From assembly GCF_039654945.1 (NCBI RefSeq), contig NW_027361804.1, positions 2,232,001-2,296,000 of the forward strand: 64,000 bases of DNA, in the 5' to 3' direction. Shown in pieces: positions 62,984 through 64,000 of the stretch. The translations under genes and the position numbers were made by a program. Under the pieces are notes generated by a model. That model saw nothing but the letters and a program-made list of their open reading frames with translations. It was not told the origin of the DNA and searched no databases. This DNA comes from Dendrobates tinctorius (lineage: Eukaryota). Each line of letters opens with the position of its first letter. Position 1 is the first letter of the stretch.

Positions 62984-64000
62984 CCACTCCTTTGTTATGT
63001 TAGCTGTATGCTTAGGGTCATTGTCTCGTTGGAAGGTGAACCTTCGGCCAAGTCTGAGGTCCAGAGCACTCTGGAAGAGGTTTTCATCCAGGATATCTCT
63101 GTACTTGGCCGCATTCATGTTTCCTTCAATGGCAACCAGTCGTCCTGTCCCTGCAGCTGAAAAACACCCCCATAGCATGATGCTGCCACCACCATGGTTC
63201 ACTGTTGGGATTATATTGGGCAGGCGATGAGCAGTGCTTGGTTTTTTCCACACATACCGCTTAGAATTATCACTAAAAAGTTCTATCTACGTCCCATCAG
63301 ACCAGAGAATCTTATTTCTCATAGTCTGGGAGTCCTTCATGTGTTTTTTAGCAAACTCTATGCAGGCTTTCATATCTCTGGCACTGAGGAGAGGCTTCCG
63401 TCGGCCCACTCTGCCATAAAGGCCCGACTGGTGGAGGGCTGCAGTGATAGTTGACTTTGTGGAACTTTCTTTCATCTCCCTACTACATCTGTGGAGCTCA
63501 GCCACAGTGATCTTGGGGTTCTTCTTTACCTTGCTCACCAAGGCTCTTCTCCCACAATTGCTCAGTTTGGCTGGACGGCCAGGTCTAGGAAGACTTCTAG
63601 TGGTCCCAAACTTCTTCCATTTAAGGATTATGGAGGCCACTGTGCTCTTAGGAACCTGAGTACTGCAGACATTCTTTTGTAACCTTGGCCAGATCTGTGC
63701 CTTGCCCCAATTCTGTCTCTGAGCTCCTTGGCCAGTTCCTTTGGCCTCATGATTCTCATTTGGTGTGATGTGCACTGTGAGCTGTGAGGTCTTATATAGA
63801 CATGTGTGCGCCTTTACACATCAGGTCCTATCAGTGTAATTACACACAGCTGGACTCCAATGAAGGAGTAGAACCATTTCAAGGAGGATAAAAAGGAAAT
63901 GGACAGCATGTGACTTAAGTATGAGTGTCTGAGCAAAGGGTCTGAATACTATTCTTTTTTTTAATAAATTTGCAAAAAATTTTACATTTCTCTTTTTCAG

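Larger units (their letters stand above)
61095..64000 (-). mobile_element. Tc1-like transposon (transposase pseudogene ~63750 to 61884) interrupted by two solo LTRs; the other terminus runs past the window end
   Basis: TA|CAGTGGGTACAGAAAGTCTTCAGACC terminus. Minus-strand fragments [61 protein letters not shown]. Confidence 0.93.

Overview
This is vertebrate genomic DNA, almost certainly an anuran (frog), judging by its Tc1, Harbinger-MITE and TTAA/Kolobok repeat repertoire. It spans the conserved DNAI7(CASC1)-ETFRF1(LYRM5)-KRAS block. KRAS is complete on the minus strand: a non-coding first exon near 44.7 kb, three shared coding exons, alternative exons 4A and 4B, and a poly(A) signal near 29.8 kb. 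ETFRF1 is complete on the plus strand with two coding exons (87 aa). It shares a ~500-bp bidirectional promoter near 23.2 kb with a probable ATG-only first exon of DNAI7 on the minus strand. About 40% of the window is tandem repeat: 15.7 kb of a 66-bp satellite, 5.5 kb of a 32-bp repeat and several shorter arrays. These arrays explain nearly all of the long ORFs in the track. The rest is decayed Tc1 elements, MITEs and solo LTRs. The most notable unannotated signals are: (1) a type I hammerhead ribozyme with an intact core (27425-27502, minus strand) between the converging 3' ends of ETFRF1 and KRAS, on the KRAS read-through strand and beside a CTCF-like motif; (2) a KRAS4B tail ending in CLIL that lacks Ser181; (3) both promoters bracketed by strand-skewed minisatellites, one of which is an array of ~34 U1/5'-splice-site motifs. 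Comparisons with human sequences are from memory and need alignment to confirm.
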